Notes under the pieces: model-generated
What the model was told of the DNA's origin: nothing
The model's input: the letters and a program-made list of their open reading frames with translations, nothing else
The model's database searches: none
Translations under genes and position numbers: made by a program
Assembly (NCBI GenBank): GCA_964645835.1
Contig: CAZYDG010000072.1
Location: forward strand, 6,582 to 70,581
Length of the DNA stretch: 64,000 nucleotides
Source of the DNA: an uncultured Syntrophaceae bacterium
GTDB taxonomy: Bacteria; Desulfobacterota; Syntrophia; Syntrophales; UBA8958
Direction of reading: 5' to 3'
Shown here: positions 45,195-54,486 of the stretch, piece by piece
Layout of the letters: each line of letters opens with the position of its first letter
Position numbering within the stretch: the first letter of the stretch is position 1

Positions 45195-45331
45195 ATGGAT
45201 GCCACTATACTCGGTGTTGGGGCGATGATCGGAACGGGTATCTTTGTATTGACGGGCATCACGCAGGTGTGGACGGTCCTGCGTTGTTACTGGCTTTTAC
45301 TTTGAACGGGAATTTATTAGCGACCGGCTAA
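45195..45331 (+). pseudogene. short frameshifted remnant of an APC amino acid permease N-terminus
   Basis: MDATILGVGAMIGTGIFVLTGIT is followed, after a frame change, by AGVDGPALLLAFTLNGNLLATG and a stop. This is the first TM segments of an amino acid permease only. Confidence 0.6.
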
Positions 45332-45339
45332 ATTAGTCA

Positions 45340-45374
45340 TTGACAATACGCATTATTAGTTCTATATAGAACTA
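45340..45374 (+). promoter_or_regulatory. sigma70-like promoter with overlapping palindromic operator upstream of marR-like gene
   Basis: TTGACA (45340-45345) is followed 17 nt later by TATATA (45363-45368). The 18-bp palindrome TAGTTCTATATAGAACTA (45357-45374) is centred on the -10. Confidence 0.55.
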
Positions 45375-45405
45375 TATCATATCGTACTTTATGGAATAAT
45401 TGTTC

Positions 45406-45855
45406 ATGAAAACTGAAAGTCTTGGTTCTTTACGTGAGGGTGCTTTTCTCATTGCCCAAATCTTCCAATTGTCCGGTAGAATCTTTGCGCGCAAGATGCG
45501 CGAGGCACATCTTGAACGCTTAACGCCTGAACAGGGGCGCATTCTCTTTGTTCTGTGGCGCGAAGATGGTATTCCCATACAGGAACTGGCAAAAAGGGCG
45601 ATGCTCAGCAAATCAACTCTGACTGCCATGCTGGATCGACTTGAGAATTCCGGTCATGTAGCTCGTGTTCCCTCTCGCGAAGATCGCAGACGAATCTTAA
45701 TTTACCTTACAGAAAATGATCTTAAACTACGGAATGTTTACCTAAAACTCTCCCGTGAGATGGCGGACTTGGCATACAGGGGATTCAGCGAGAAGGAAAT
45801 TGATGCTTTTGAAAGCAACCTTAAAAAAATTCTTAAGAACCTAGCAGACTGTTGA
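45406..45855 (+). CDS. MarR-family transcriptional regulator
   Basis: The winged-helix region reads LTPEQGRILFVLWREDGIPIQELAKRAMLSKSTLTAMLDRLENSGHVARVPSREDRR. The stop codon lies inside repeat copy C. Confidence 0.9.
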   Translation: MKTESLGSLREGAFLIAQIFQLSGRIFARKMREAHLERLTPEQGRILFVLWREDGIPIQELAKRAMLSKSTLTAMLDRLENSGHVARVPSREDRRRILIYLTENDLKLRNVYLKLSREMADLAYRGFSEKEIDAFESNLKKILKNLADC

Positions 45856-45979
45856 AAAACGTCCGTCTGCTGCGTTGCGGTGGCAAGCTTCGTCAATCAA
45901 CGTACTTCTGTGTACGCCTCATTCCTCAGCTTTTGCGCGCCTTGCATCCAGACATTTTTGAACAGCCTGCCAAATCGAG
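45845..45979 (+). repeat. palindromic intergenic repeat, copy C (core only)
   Basis: The copy reads CTGTTGAAAAACGTCCGTCTGCTGCGTTGCGGTGGCAAGCTTCGTCAATCAACGTACTTCTGTGTACGCCTCATTCCTCAGCTTTTGCGCGCCTTGCATCCAGACATTTTTGAACAGCCTGCCAAATCGAG. Confidence 0.85.
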
Positions 45980-46027
45980 TTTTTTAAAAACTCGCTATAC
46001 GAATTTAAAATCCGGAGGAGAACAGAA

Positions 46028-46849
46028 ATGAACAGCATTCCAGTAATTGATGTTTGGATGCAGCACCCGACACTCCGATTCATTAATCTGCCCATCTTTG
46101 AATCTTTGCGCCGATGGACTGGGCTTGAGACCCTGAAAGAGGAGATCCCCGTTGACTTTACCATTTCCGCTATGGACCAGGGCAATGTCTCAAAAGGACT
46201 CCTTTGTGCATGGTGGGGGCCACAAGGCGCTCTTATTTCTAACGATGAAGTGGCGGACTTCGTGAATCGTTTTCCTGAACGTCTAGTTGGTATCGCCTCG
46301 GTGGACCTCTACCGCCCAATGGCGGCCATACGCGAACTTCGGCGCTGCGTGCGTGAGCTCGGTTTTAAAGGGCTTCGCATTGTCCAGTGGTTATGGGATC
46401 TTCCCGTCACAGACCGGCGTTATTATCCTCTTTTTGCCGAGTGTGTAGAGCTAGGTATCCCGGTCTGCCTGCAAGTGGGTCACACAGGACCTCTATGTCC
46501 CAGCGAACCAGGCCGGCCAATACCTTACATCGATGTCGCTGCTCTTGATTTTCCCGAGCTCTCCTTCATCTGTGGTCATATTGGTTACCCGTGGACGACG
46601 GAGATGATTGCTGTCGCAACCAAACATCAAAATGTTTACATCGATACATCGGCTTATACTGCAAAGCGCTACCCCGTTGAGCTGGTAAATTACATGAAAA
46701 CCAATGGTAAAACAAAAGTACTCTTTGGTACCAATTATCCAATGATTACACCTAAGAAATGTCTTGAGGAATTAGATTCATTAAAACTGGATGATCAAAC
46801 AAAAGAGCTCTTTCTCAACGGAAATGCGCGCCGGATCTTTGGACTTTAG
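46028..46849 (+). CDS. amidohydrolase-2 family (TIM-barrel metal-dependent hydrolase/decarboxylase)
   Basis: Motifs are IDVWMQHPT, GHTGP, FICGHIGYPW and LFLNGNARRIFGL. Confidence 0.8.
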   Translation: MNSIPVIDVWMQHPTLRFINLPIFESLRRWTGLETLKEEIPVDFTISAMDQGNVSKGLLCAWWGPQGALISNDEVADFVNRFPERLVGIASVDLYRPMAAIRELRRCVRELGFKGLRIVQWLWDLPVTDRRYYPLFAECVELGIPVCLQVGHTGPLCPSEPGRPIPYIDVAALDFPELSFICGHIGYPWTTEMIAVATKHQNVYIDTSAYTAKRYPVELVNYMKTNGKTKVLFGTNYPMITPKKCLEELDSLKLDDQTKELFLNGNARRIFGL

Positions 46850-46940
46850 CGCCGGAAACCAAGGTTACGTGTTGAGGAGTTTTTCAACAATCAGACAAAA
46901 GAGCCGCTTCACCGAAATAAGGTAAAGCGGCTCCTGTATT

Positions 46941-47058
46941 TAGTACTTCTATGTATGACCCATGCCCCAGCCTTTGTGCGCCTTACATCTCGGTATCCCG
47001 TATCAGGTACGGGACAAGCTTTGAACAGCTTGCACAAAATCAATTTTTTCAACAACCT
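46941..47058 (+). repeat. palindromic intergenic repeat, copy D (one arm only, with hairpin cassette and extra terminal module)
   Basis: The copy reads GTACTTCTATGTATGACC...CCTTTGTGCGCCTTACATCTCGG-[TATCCCGTATCAGGTACGGGAC]-AAGCTTTGAACAGCTTGCACAAAATCAA-TTTTTTCAACAACCT. The CTGTTGAAAAACG...GCAAGC arm is missing. Confidence 0.7.
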
Positions 47059-47059
47059 C

Positions 47060-48430
47060 CTAGAAAATCAGCGGCAGGATGAAGAACGACAAGGTCATGA
47101 CAACGAACATCCATGCCCAGCCTATGAATGTATAGGGTAGGATGTCCTTGAACTTGATCTTGAAGGCGCCGAGGATCGGCAAAGCCCAGAAAGGCTGTAT
47201 CATGTTCACCCAAAGGCTGCCGGCGGTATAGGCATTAAGCACATCACCATAGGCAACGCCCAGTTTCTTGGCTGCGGGCAGGATATAAGGGGCCTCGATG
47301 ACGAATTTGGATCCTGCAGAGGGAACGAAGAAGTCAATGATACCCGTATAAATGAAGACGATCCAAGTGAAGGTCGTAGGCGTTGAGATGTCTATGAAGA
47401 ACTTTGTGATGATCTCGGCCAGACCGGAGAAGCTGATCATGCCGAAGATTCCCGCGTAAAGTGGAAACTGGATGATGACACCGTAAACAGTGGATGTACC
47501 GCGCTGGACGGATTCGACAAAGCTCTTGGAATTGCCGTGGAGGAGGAGGCCTATGACCAGAAGAATAAAGTTCAGCATGTTTAGATCCAATGCTGCCATC
47601 CCCTTCATCCCGAACACTTTGACGATTCCGAACACGCCGGCAGCACCGATAAATAGGGGCAGTATCCAGGAACGGTCCAGTCGCTCTGCCGGCGGTAGGC
47701 TTTTCTTGTCAACAGGTGGGTCAGGCGGGGGCACAAACAAAGCTGCCGTAGCATCGTCAATTTCGATTGAGTGCTCTTTCCTCGGCGCTATGGCAAGCAG
47801 AAGAAGAGGAATTGTGATCAGTAGCACCAGGTTCGTCACCACGAGCTTGACGTCAAACGCCGACTGGCTGAGGGGAATGACACCCGCGACCTTCTCCATG
47901 AAGTTGCCGGGCGTCGCCATGAGCAACTGGGCCGCCTGGGAAGGCCCGTTATCCACCAGGGCCGTGACATAGGAAATGGCGGCGATAAATGGATAGTGGA
48001 TACCCAGGCCACGCTTCTTGACGGCAATTGCCCGCCCCATAATAATGGCAACCATTAATCCGATTCCCCAGTGGAACCACATGACCACACACATGAAAGT
48101 GGAGTAGAACAGAATCGTCTGGTTTCTGGTTTTTGGGATGTCGATGATCTTCATGAGCCCGGCCTTGACATACTTAGAATCGGCGACGATGAAGCCCGTG
48201 ATCATCAGCAGACACATCTGCATGGCGAAGGTTAAGAGGACCCAGAACCCCTTCATCCAGTCGCCAACGAGCTGTTCGGGACCGTGCTTAGTGAGTCCCC
48301 ATCCGGCAAGAAAGACAATAACCGTCAGTATCAGGGCGAAGACGAGAGCGTCGGGCACCCAGCGGAAAGCCCACTGAGCGAAACCTTCTGTGAATCGTGA
48401 AAGGAATGTTGCATCATTCTTATTACTCAT
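47060..48430 (-). CDS. atoE: short-chain fatty acid transporter (AtoE family)
   Basis: This 456-aa polytopic protein has the N-terminus FLSRFTEGFAQWAFRWVPDALVFALILTVIVF, characteristic of AtoE/TIGR00366-type proteins. Confidence 0.75.
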   Translation of the reverse strand: MSNKNDATFLSRFTEGFAQWAFRWVPDALVFALILTVIVFLAGWGLTKHGPEQLVGDWMKGFWVLLTFAMQMCLLMITGFIVADSKYVKAGLMKIIDIPKTRNQTILFYSTFMCVVMWFHWGIGLMVAIIMGRAIAVKKRGLGIHYPFIAAISYVTALVDNGPSQAAQLLMATPGNFMEKVAGVIPLSQSAFDVKLVVTNLVLLITIPLLLLAIAPRKEHSIEIDDATAALFVPPPDPPVDKKSLPPAERLDRSWILPLFIGAAGVFGIVKVFGMKGMAALDLNMLNFILLVIGLLLHGNSKSFVESVQRGTSTVYGVIIQFPLYAGIFGMISFSGLAEIITKFFIDISTPTTFTWIVFIYTGIIDFFVPSAGSKFVIEAPYILPAAKKLGVAYGDVLNAYTAGSLWVNMIQPFWALPILGAFKIKFKDILPYTFIGWAWMFVVMTLSFFILPLIF

Positions 48431-48595
48431 TTCTTCCTCCTTGCCTTCCGGTACGAGAAACCGGAATGTTAGTTATTGATTAACGCAATCCTTGCAGATG
48501 CGGCTTTACTTATGATGTTTGTTTGAGTTTTGAGGTCTTTATCAATCTTGATGTTATTAAAGTATTCTTTCTTTCCCATGGGGCCTGTTCATTTA

Positions 48596-48818
48596 ACAGG
48601 TTGTTGAAAAACTCATTTTGGGCAGGCTGTTCAGAAGCGTGTCCCGTACCTGATACGGGATGTTCAGATGCAAGGTACGCAAAAGCTGAGGAATAAGGCG
48701 TGCATAGAAGTACATCGATAAGCCTGTCCCGGATATGATCCCGGAAGGCTTGCAGAGCAACGCCGCAGACGCCGTCTCCGCAAAAGCGCGGTATGGGCGT
48801 TTTTCAACAGCCTGCTAA
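48596..48818 (-). repeat. palindromic intergenic repeat, copy E (two hairpin cassettes, extra insert and terminal module)
   Basis: The copy reads GTTGTTGAAAAA-CTCATTTTGGGCAGGCTGTTCAGAAGC-[GTCCCGTACCTGATACGGGA]-TGTTCAGATGCAAGG...GTACATCGATAAGC-[CTGTCCCGGATATGATCCCGGAAGG]-CTTGCAGAGCAACGCCGCAG...GGGCGTTTTTCAACAGCCTGCTAAG. Confidence 0.85.
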
Positions 48819-49134
48819 GTTGCTACCTTGTATAAGCTGTTTTGATTGTAAATTCAATAGTTATTTATCGGTGGTTTTGATTACACGAAATCTCGACTTA
48901 TGGCGAAAAAATCATTATGTTTCACGCAGCAGCTCTTTTACGATCATGTTTTAATGCTGGTTTTCTTTCTTTTCTTATTTGCAGTCTTGCCAAGGCTGGT
49001 GGTTATTATCGTTGAATCTTTCGATTCATCTATTGACAACAGCATCATATTACAGATAATGACATTAAATAATTCAATGACAGGTAAAATGCATCAATAT
49101 TCGATAGAGACCATTGCAGAAAGAGAGGTGCGGC

Positions 49135-49443
49135 ATGATTTACGTTATCGCAACGATTGAACTGGTTGAAGGTAAACGAGCGGACTATTTAATGGAATTC
49201 AAAAAAGTACGTTCTCATGTGTGCAACGAGCAAGGATGTATCCAGTATGGTGCAGCAATTGATTTGGCTACCGATATTCCAATCCAGGACCCGATTAATG
49301 AGAATATTGTGACCATTATCGAGAGTTGGGCGGATGTCGCAGCTTTAAAGGCCCATACGACGGCATCTCACATGCTGGACTATCGGAATGCAGTGAAAGA
49401 TTATGTTAAGAAGATTACTATCAAGATTTTGGAACCAGTTTGA
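49135..49443 (+). CDS. ABM-domain (antibiotic biosynthesis monooxygenase-like) protein
   Basis: The ~100-aa product reads MIYVIATIELVEGKR...IIESWADVAALKAHTTASHM, the typical ferredoxin-like ABM pattern. Confidence 0.7.
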   Translation: MIYVIATIELVEGKRADYLMEFKKVRSHVCNEQGCIQYGAAIDLATDIPIQDPINENIVTIIESWADVAALKAHTTASHMLDYRNAVKDYVKKITIKILEPV

Positions 49444-49692
49444 TGATAATAAACACGCTGTTCAAAATCGAGTTGCTGCCACATGGTTGGCGGTTGCCAA
49501 TCATGTTGGCATATAACAACACGCTTCTTATTTAAATATCTCAATGGATACGGTCGTATTGCTTTTGGCATTATGATTGCTAGTAGATTATTCAGATACA
49601 CGGGCTAATCATCATCTGTTGTTGAAGAAACTTAGTAGAGGTTTCGGTGATTGATATTTAATCCATTAAGTTAAAGAAAGGAGAAAAAGATC

Positions 49693-50181
49693 ATGGCAAT
49701 GACGAGTTATTTGAAACTGGAGGGCAAGAATCAAGGCGCCATCGAAGGCGATTGCTCTCAAAAGGGGCATGAAAAATGGATTCTGGTTTATGGCCTCGAT
49801 TGGTCAATGGAAATCCCGAGAGACACCCATTCCGGATTGCCGACCGGGCAGAGAATCCATCACCCAATAACCATCAAGAAGAAACTGGATCCGGCATCAC
49901 CTCTGCTTGCTCAGGCCTGCGCATCCGGTGAGCAGATGAAGACGTGGCAGCTTGATTTCCATCAGATAAGCGAAAAGGGCCAGGAAGAGCTTTATTACAC
50001 GATTCAGTTGGAGAACGCCATCATTGTCAATCTTCAATATGAGAAGCCATTAACTTTCCTGGAAGCCAACAAGCCTTACCATGACATGGAGTATGTATCG
50101 TTCACCTATGAAAAAATAACATGGGCACATAAAAAAGCCAACAAAGAGGCGACTGACGACTGGAAGGCACCTAAATCCTGA
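49693..50181 (+). CDS. hcp: Hcp/TssD type VI secretion tube protein, orphan
   Basis: The product reads MAMTSYLKLEGKNQGAIEGD..., TGQRIHHPITIKKKLDPASPLLAQACASGEQMKTWQLDF..., YYTIQLENAIIV... and MEYVSFTYEKITWAH. This closely parallels enterobacterial Hcp (..TGTRIHTPFLFTKEIDSSSPYLYKAVTTGQTLKSAEFKWY...LENVKVV...IELRYEKITWTY). A strong RBS (AAAGGAG) is present. Confidence 0.85.
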   Translation: MAMTSYLKLEGKNQGAIEGDCSQKGHEKWILVYGLDWSMEIPRDTHSGLPTGQRIHHPITIKKKLDPASPLLAQACASGEQMKTWQLDFHQISEKGQEELYYTIQLENAIIVNLQYEKPLTFLEANKPYHDMEYVSFTYEKITWAHKKANKEATDDWKAPKS

Positions 50182-50203
50182 TTTATTAATGTGATGGACC
50201 ACG

Positions 50204-50241
50204 CCGGTGTCGTCGAAGGTGGATGACACCGGAATATTTTT
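50204..50241 (+). terminator. hairpin terminator between convergent hcp and helicase genes
   Basis: CCGGTGTC-(13 nt)-GACACCGG is followed by AATATTTTT. Confidence 0.55.
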
Positions 50242-50245
50242 CCAA

Positions 50246-51907
50246 TTACCGGCGTTTCTTCTTCATGCCATAGGGAAAATCATTCGGTTTTACAAATCCT
50301 TTATTCCCCCTGTCCTTGTTGCGTCTGTCGGCCAATTCGATCTGGACCCGGCGGTGCCTGAACTTCACCTTTCTAAATGCCTCCATCAGGGGCTCCGCAT
50401 GTTCCCCATCCGCTTCAAAGAAGGTACAGCTTTTCATGACATCCGCATTCAGAATTCGTAGACCCTCTATCCTGGCCATTTCTGCAAGGTATATCTTGAA
50501 GGTCTTGGGGGTAAATCCGTCCATCTGGCCGATATTGGCATACAATCGAACCGGACCGGGCCGGGTCTCTCTTCGTTTCACATCCACGTTGATGTCCGGG
50601 GCATTGCGGTAATAGCTCAGGAAGCGGTTGAACTCGGCGGAAACGAACCGCTGAATGATTTCTTCCTTGGTTATACCTTTTAATTTTTCGTACACGGCAG
50701 GCATAAAAGCACCGATTTCCGTATGCTGGATTTCCGTGGCCTTGACCTTGTCAACCAGATGGTAAAGCTGCTTTTCGCAGACCTCTCTTCCCGTGGGAAT
50801 TTTGGCTAATGTAAACTTCTTACCGATCTGCTTTTCGATCAGTTTGATTTTGAAGATCTCCTTCAAATTAACGATAGCGATGGAGATACCCGATTTGCCT
50901 GCCCTGCCCGTCCGGCCACTGCGATGGGTATAGTTTTCTATGTCATCAGGGAGGTTGTAGTTGATGATGTGCGTCAAGTCCGTCACGTCGATCCCTCGGG
51001 CCGCCACGTCCGTTGCCACAAGCATTTGCAGGTTTCTGCTCCGAAAGCGATTCATCACGTTGTCCCGCTGGGGTTGGGAAAGATCGCCATGCAAGGCATC
51101 GGCATTGTAACCGTCCTTGATGAGGGCGTCGGCGATTTCCTGGGTCTCGATCTTGGTCCGGCAAAAAATGATGGAATAAATATCGGGGTAATAATCGGCG
51201 ATCCTTTTCAGGGCCAGGTACCGGTCCTTGGCATGAACCACATAATATTCATGCTGAACGTTTTCAGCTCCCGTATTTCTTGAACCCAGCGTGATTGAAA
51301 CGGGCTTGTGCATGTAGCTCTGGGCAATTTGCTCGATCTCTTTGGGCATGGTCGCGGAAAAAAGCAAAACCCGCTTCGAATCGGGCGTACCGGAGAGGAT
51401 AGCATCCAGGTCCTCTTTGAATCCCATGTTCAGCATCTCATCAGCCTCGTCAAGGACGAGCCAGCGGATGGCGGAGACGTCCACTCGTTTCCGTTTCAGC
51501 ATATCCAGCATTCGGCCGGGCGTGGCGACAACGATCTGGGCGCCTGCGGCAATCTGTTTGATTTGGGTCAGAATGTTGGCACCGCCATAGACGGGCACAA
51601 TATTCAGGCCATCCACATGCTTGCCGAAATGGTTCAAATCATCCGTAATTTGCAGGCAGAGCTCACGGGTGGGAGCCAGGATAAGGGCCTGTGTCCTTGA
51701 TGAGTAAGCGTCCACTTGTTGAATAATGGGAATTCCAAAGGCGGCGGTCTTACCCGTTCCGGTGTGGGCCAGGGCCACAAGGTCCCTTGTTTCATGTAAT
51801 AGAAAGGGAATGACTTTTTCCTGAACAGGCATGGGTGTTTCAAAGCCCATTTCAGTTACAGCCTTCAATATTCTCTTATCCAGTTCCAATTCTTTAAATG
51901 TCGTCAT
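50246..51907 (-). CDS. DEAD-box ATP-dependent RNA helicase with DbpA-like C-terminal RNA-binding domain
   Basis: The Q motif is FETPMPVQ. Other motifs are AHTGTGKT, VLDEADEML, SAT, VATDVAARGID and HRSGRTGRAG. Confidence 0.9.
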   Translation of the reverse strand: MTTFKELELDKRILKAVTEMGFETPMPVQEKVIPFLLHETRDLVALAHTGTGKTAAFGIPIIQQVDAYSSRTQALILAPTRELCLQITDDLNHFGKHVDGLNIVPVYGGANILTQIKQIAAGAQIVVATPGRMLDMLKRKRVDVSAIRWLVLDEADEMLNMGFKEDLDAILSGTPDSKRVLLFSATMPKEIEQIAQSYMHKPVSITLGSRNTGAENVQHEYYVVHAKDRYLALKRIADYYPDIYSIIFCRTKIETQEIADALIKDGYNADALHGDLSQPQRDNVMNRFRSRNLQMLVATDVAARGIDVTDLTHIINYNLPDDIENYTHRSGRTGRAGKSGISIAIVNLKEIFKIKLIEKQIGKKFTLAKIPTGREVCEKQLYHLVDKVKATEIQHTEIGAFMPAVYEKLKGITKEEIIQRFVSAEFNRFLSYYRNAPDINVDVKRRETRPGPVRLYANIGQMDGFTPKTFKIYLAEMARIEGLRILNADVMKSCTFFEADGEHAEPLMEAFRKVKFRHRRVQIELADRRNKDRGNKGFVKPNDFPYGMKKKRR

Positions 51908-52143
51908 AACTTAATCCTTCATGCGGTCAATTAGCAAATTTGATGAAAAAGCCATTTTGCAGTGCATATCAAAACATTCAAAAAGGCACGCCATCATTGA
52001 TTGGCCGGGCAGTGTGATGTTTAATTAAAGATGTAATCAAAAAGTTATTCAGGTTTGCACGGGACGGACTTGTTGATTCACCAGCATTTTTCCTCATATA
52101 TGGAATCGCTGGAAATAGCAATACATTATCAAATCTTTTCGCG

Positions 52144-53214
52144 TCACTTCAACGTGATGGCCTTTTCAGGACAGACCTCCTGGCAACAGAAACAGGCGAT
52201 GCATTTTTCATGATCGGCGACAGGCAGGTTATCATCGCCCATGAACAAGGCGTCAGCCGGACACTGCTCGACACAGAGGGCGCAACCGATGCAGGCGTCG
52301 GAAGCGACCCATGGCCGTTGCCCCATACGGCGTTTGATCAGGACCTGGATGTTCTCATTGCGCAGAATACTTTCCCCGCTGAAGTGGGGAATTTTGAAAT
52401 CGGGAATCGGCTGGAGGGCGCCGACGATGTCTATCGTTTTAAGATCGTAATTGCCCAAGCCCATGTCCTTGGCCTTACGTAAAAAGGGCAGCTGCCCGGG
52501 ATCGCAGCCCATCATCACGGCAATAACGGCATCCAGAGCGACAGCATTGTCGGAAGCCAGGATCTTGCCGATATCCCGGAGGTCAGGGGAGGCGGGACCG
52601 TTACCCTCCATGCCGAGGATCGCATCTACAATGAACAGATCGGGGATGCGAAACCGGAACAGTTCGACGATCATTTCCTGGAATCTCTTTGAATTGCCCG
52701 CAGCAACATGCAATTTGGCCTTCTGGGCGCCAGGCAGGAATCCGTAACTGTTTTTTATTGCGCCGGAAAGAACTGTCAGTCCGTGGGTCTTGAACTTCGG
52801 AACACTGATAATGATATCCGCATCAAGGACAGCCTGCGAGAGGCTCACCGCCGGGGCAAAATCGGCATTGAAAGCCATAGGACGGGATTCATTCCCGATA
52901 TTACGGTAATGCCCCTTCGCCGCCGCCATGAGGCCCGTCGCCTCAAAGCTTTCCTCATTGGCTCCATAACTTGTAAGGCCCGGATTGTCCCCAACGATGA
53001 TAGACTTCACGCCTAAGGTCTCGACTTTTTCCACGATGGCCCGCAAGACAGCGGGATGGGTCGTTATGGCCTCCTCCGGCTTGGCTGCCCGCAGGACGTT
53101 AGGTTTTATCAGGACACTTTTCCCTTTCCATGGGAGCGAAAACTCCTTAAAAACCATATCTATGGCGTCCTGAAGATCGGTGTAAACGGCAGGATGTATT
53201 ATGACTCTTGACAT
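52144..53214 (-). CDS. DUF362-domain protein with C-terminal 2x[4Fe-4S] ferredoxin domain
   Basis: IKPNVLRAAKPEEAITTHPAVLRAIVE is typical of DUF362. The ferredoxin motifs are CIGCALCVEQCP and CIACFCCQEVCP. GAGGAGG lies 9 nt upstream of ATG 53214. Confidence 0.8.
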   Translation of the reverse strand: MSRVIIHPAVYTDLQDAIDMVFKEFSLPWKGKSVLIKPNVLRAAKPEEAITTHPAVLRAIVEKVETLGVKSIIVGDNPGLTSYGANEESFEATGLMAAAKGHYRNIGNESRPMAFNADFAPAVSLSQAVLDADIIISVPKFKTHGLTVLSGAIKNSYGFLPGAQKAKLHVAAGNSKRFQEMIVELFRFRIPDLFIVDAILGMEGNGPASPDLRDIGKILASDNAVALDAVIAVMMGCDPGQLPFLRKAKDMGLGNYDLKTIDIVGALQPIPDFKIPHFSGESILRNENIQVLIKRRMGQRPWVASDACIGCALCVEQCPADALFMGDDNLPVADHEKCIACFCCQEVCPEKAITLK

Positions 53215-53228
53215 GGCGCAAAGCCTCC

Positions 53229-54470
53229 TCATACCAGCCTTGGTATCGTCAACCCGCCGTCCATGATCAGGGTGGCTTTCGCTTGTGGCCCCAGTTCCTT
53301 GAAAGCGGCCTCCAAAGCTGCCCCGGCACTGTCAAAAGGCCGCATATGGGCCTTGGCGACGAGATCGCAATCCAGAGGCGTGACAGCCCACATCTTGGCT
53401 TTAATGCCGATTTCGGCCATCTTTCCGGCCTTGTGGTAGCCGAGTTTGTATTCCCTGTCCAGTTTTTGTACGACGGCATCACAGGTCTTTTCGGAACTCA
53501 AAAGATCGAGAAAGGCCTGTGATCCGATGCCGCTGCGGCAGGCGGATACGAGAATAATTATACCGCCGTCTTTGAGGGCGTGCTTCCCGTTATCCAGAGC
53601 CTTTTGCGACTGGTAGAGGTCGATGTCGTTCGGCGACAGGGAAACCGTGACAACAATCTCCGACTTCCGCTCGATGGGGACAACGAAGACCTCATCGGCT
53701 TTTGTGAGAAGTGACCGGAAAGAAGCGCCCAAAGCGCCGGCAGCGGCGGCATAGATGCTCTGGTTGCCATCGAGGACTGTCATGATTGCGAAGATGTTCA
53801 GGGCGCTCATAAGCGCTTCCGCATCATCCAGTTCTTCAGCTACTGGATTCCCGGCAAGAACCATAGCCTGGGCGTTAGGCGATACAGCCAAACGGTGATT
53901 GGCCGTAATGCAGTTATAGCTTGCCACACCGGGCATCAACGACTTGCGCCCCCCTGTGTATCCCGCAAAGTAGTGAGGCTCTATGCTGCCGATAGGGATA
54001 ATGGCGTCCGCCTCGCGGACCAGGGTATTCAACATCAGGTTATTGCCGTGGCGGGTTTTCCCCAGGGAATAACAGGCGCTCTTTCTGGCATCGTGGACAT
54101 GGATGCAGTCCTTAAGAGTGTCATAGTGTTTGCCGAAGATGAACGCATATTCCTCATTAATCGGCGCCCGATGGCTTCCCGTGGCGATGAGGACATTAAA
54201 AGGTTTGTCCGCAAGGATCGGCAGGAGAATATCGAGAACTTGCGCCGTCGGTGTCGGCCGGGTCGCATCGTTGACGATGAGCAGGATGTTTTTCCGCCTG
54301 TCGAGAAACTTGGATAAGCCGGGAGACTCCAAGGGGCGCTCTACAGCCAGGCGGAGGGTCTCCAAGGCATCCGGGGATTTTACCTTGTTTGGCAGGATGA
54401 CCTTTTCAATCCGTTCGTCGGGTATTTCTATCTCTTCAAAATTATCCCCATAAGGGATATTGACAATCAT
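53229..54470 (-). CDS. LarA-family (nickel-pincer lactate racemase-like, DUF2088) protein
   Basis: The N-terminus is MIVNIPYG...E.EIPD. NDATRPTPT, the conserved His and Lys positions, and the overall 413-aa size fit the family. Confidence 0.75.
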   Translation of the reverse strand: MIVNIPYGDNFEEIEIPDERIEKVILPNKVKSPDALETLRLAVERPLESPGLSKFLDRRKNILLIVNDATRPTPTAQVLDILLPILADKPFNVLIATGSHRAPINEEYAFIFGKHYDTLKDCIHVHDARKSACYSLGKTRHGNNLMLNTLVREADAIIPIGSIEPHYFAGYTGGRKSLMPGVASYNCITANHRLAVSPNAQAMVLAGNPVAEELDDAEALMSALNIFAIMTVLDGNQSIYAAAAGALGASFRSLLTKADEVFVVPIERKSEIVVTVSLSPNDIDLYQSQKALDNGKHALKDGGIIILVSACRSGIGSQAFLDLLSSEKTCDAVVQKLDREYKLGYHKAGKMAEIGIKAKMWAVTPLDCDLVAKAHMRPFDSAGAALEAAFKELGPQAKATLIMDGGLTIPRLV

Positions 54471-54486
54471 GAGAATCTCCCGCTAG

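Noticed and set aside
48900-49160. 86-aa ORF upstream of the ABM-domain gene
   Set aside because: It lies in AT-rich promoter-like DNA, which contains TTGACA-17 nt-ATAATG. The product is hydrophobic and low in complexity, and the ORF overlaps the ABM gene's RBS and start.
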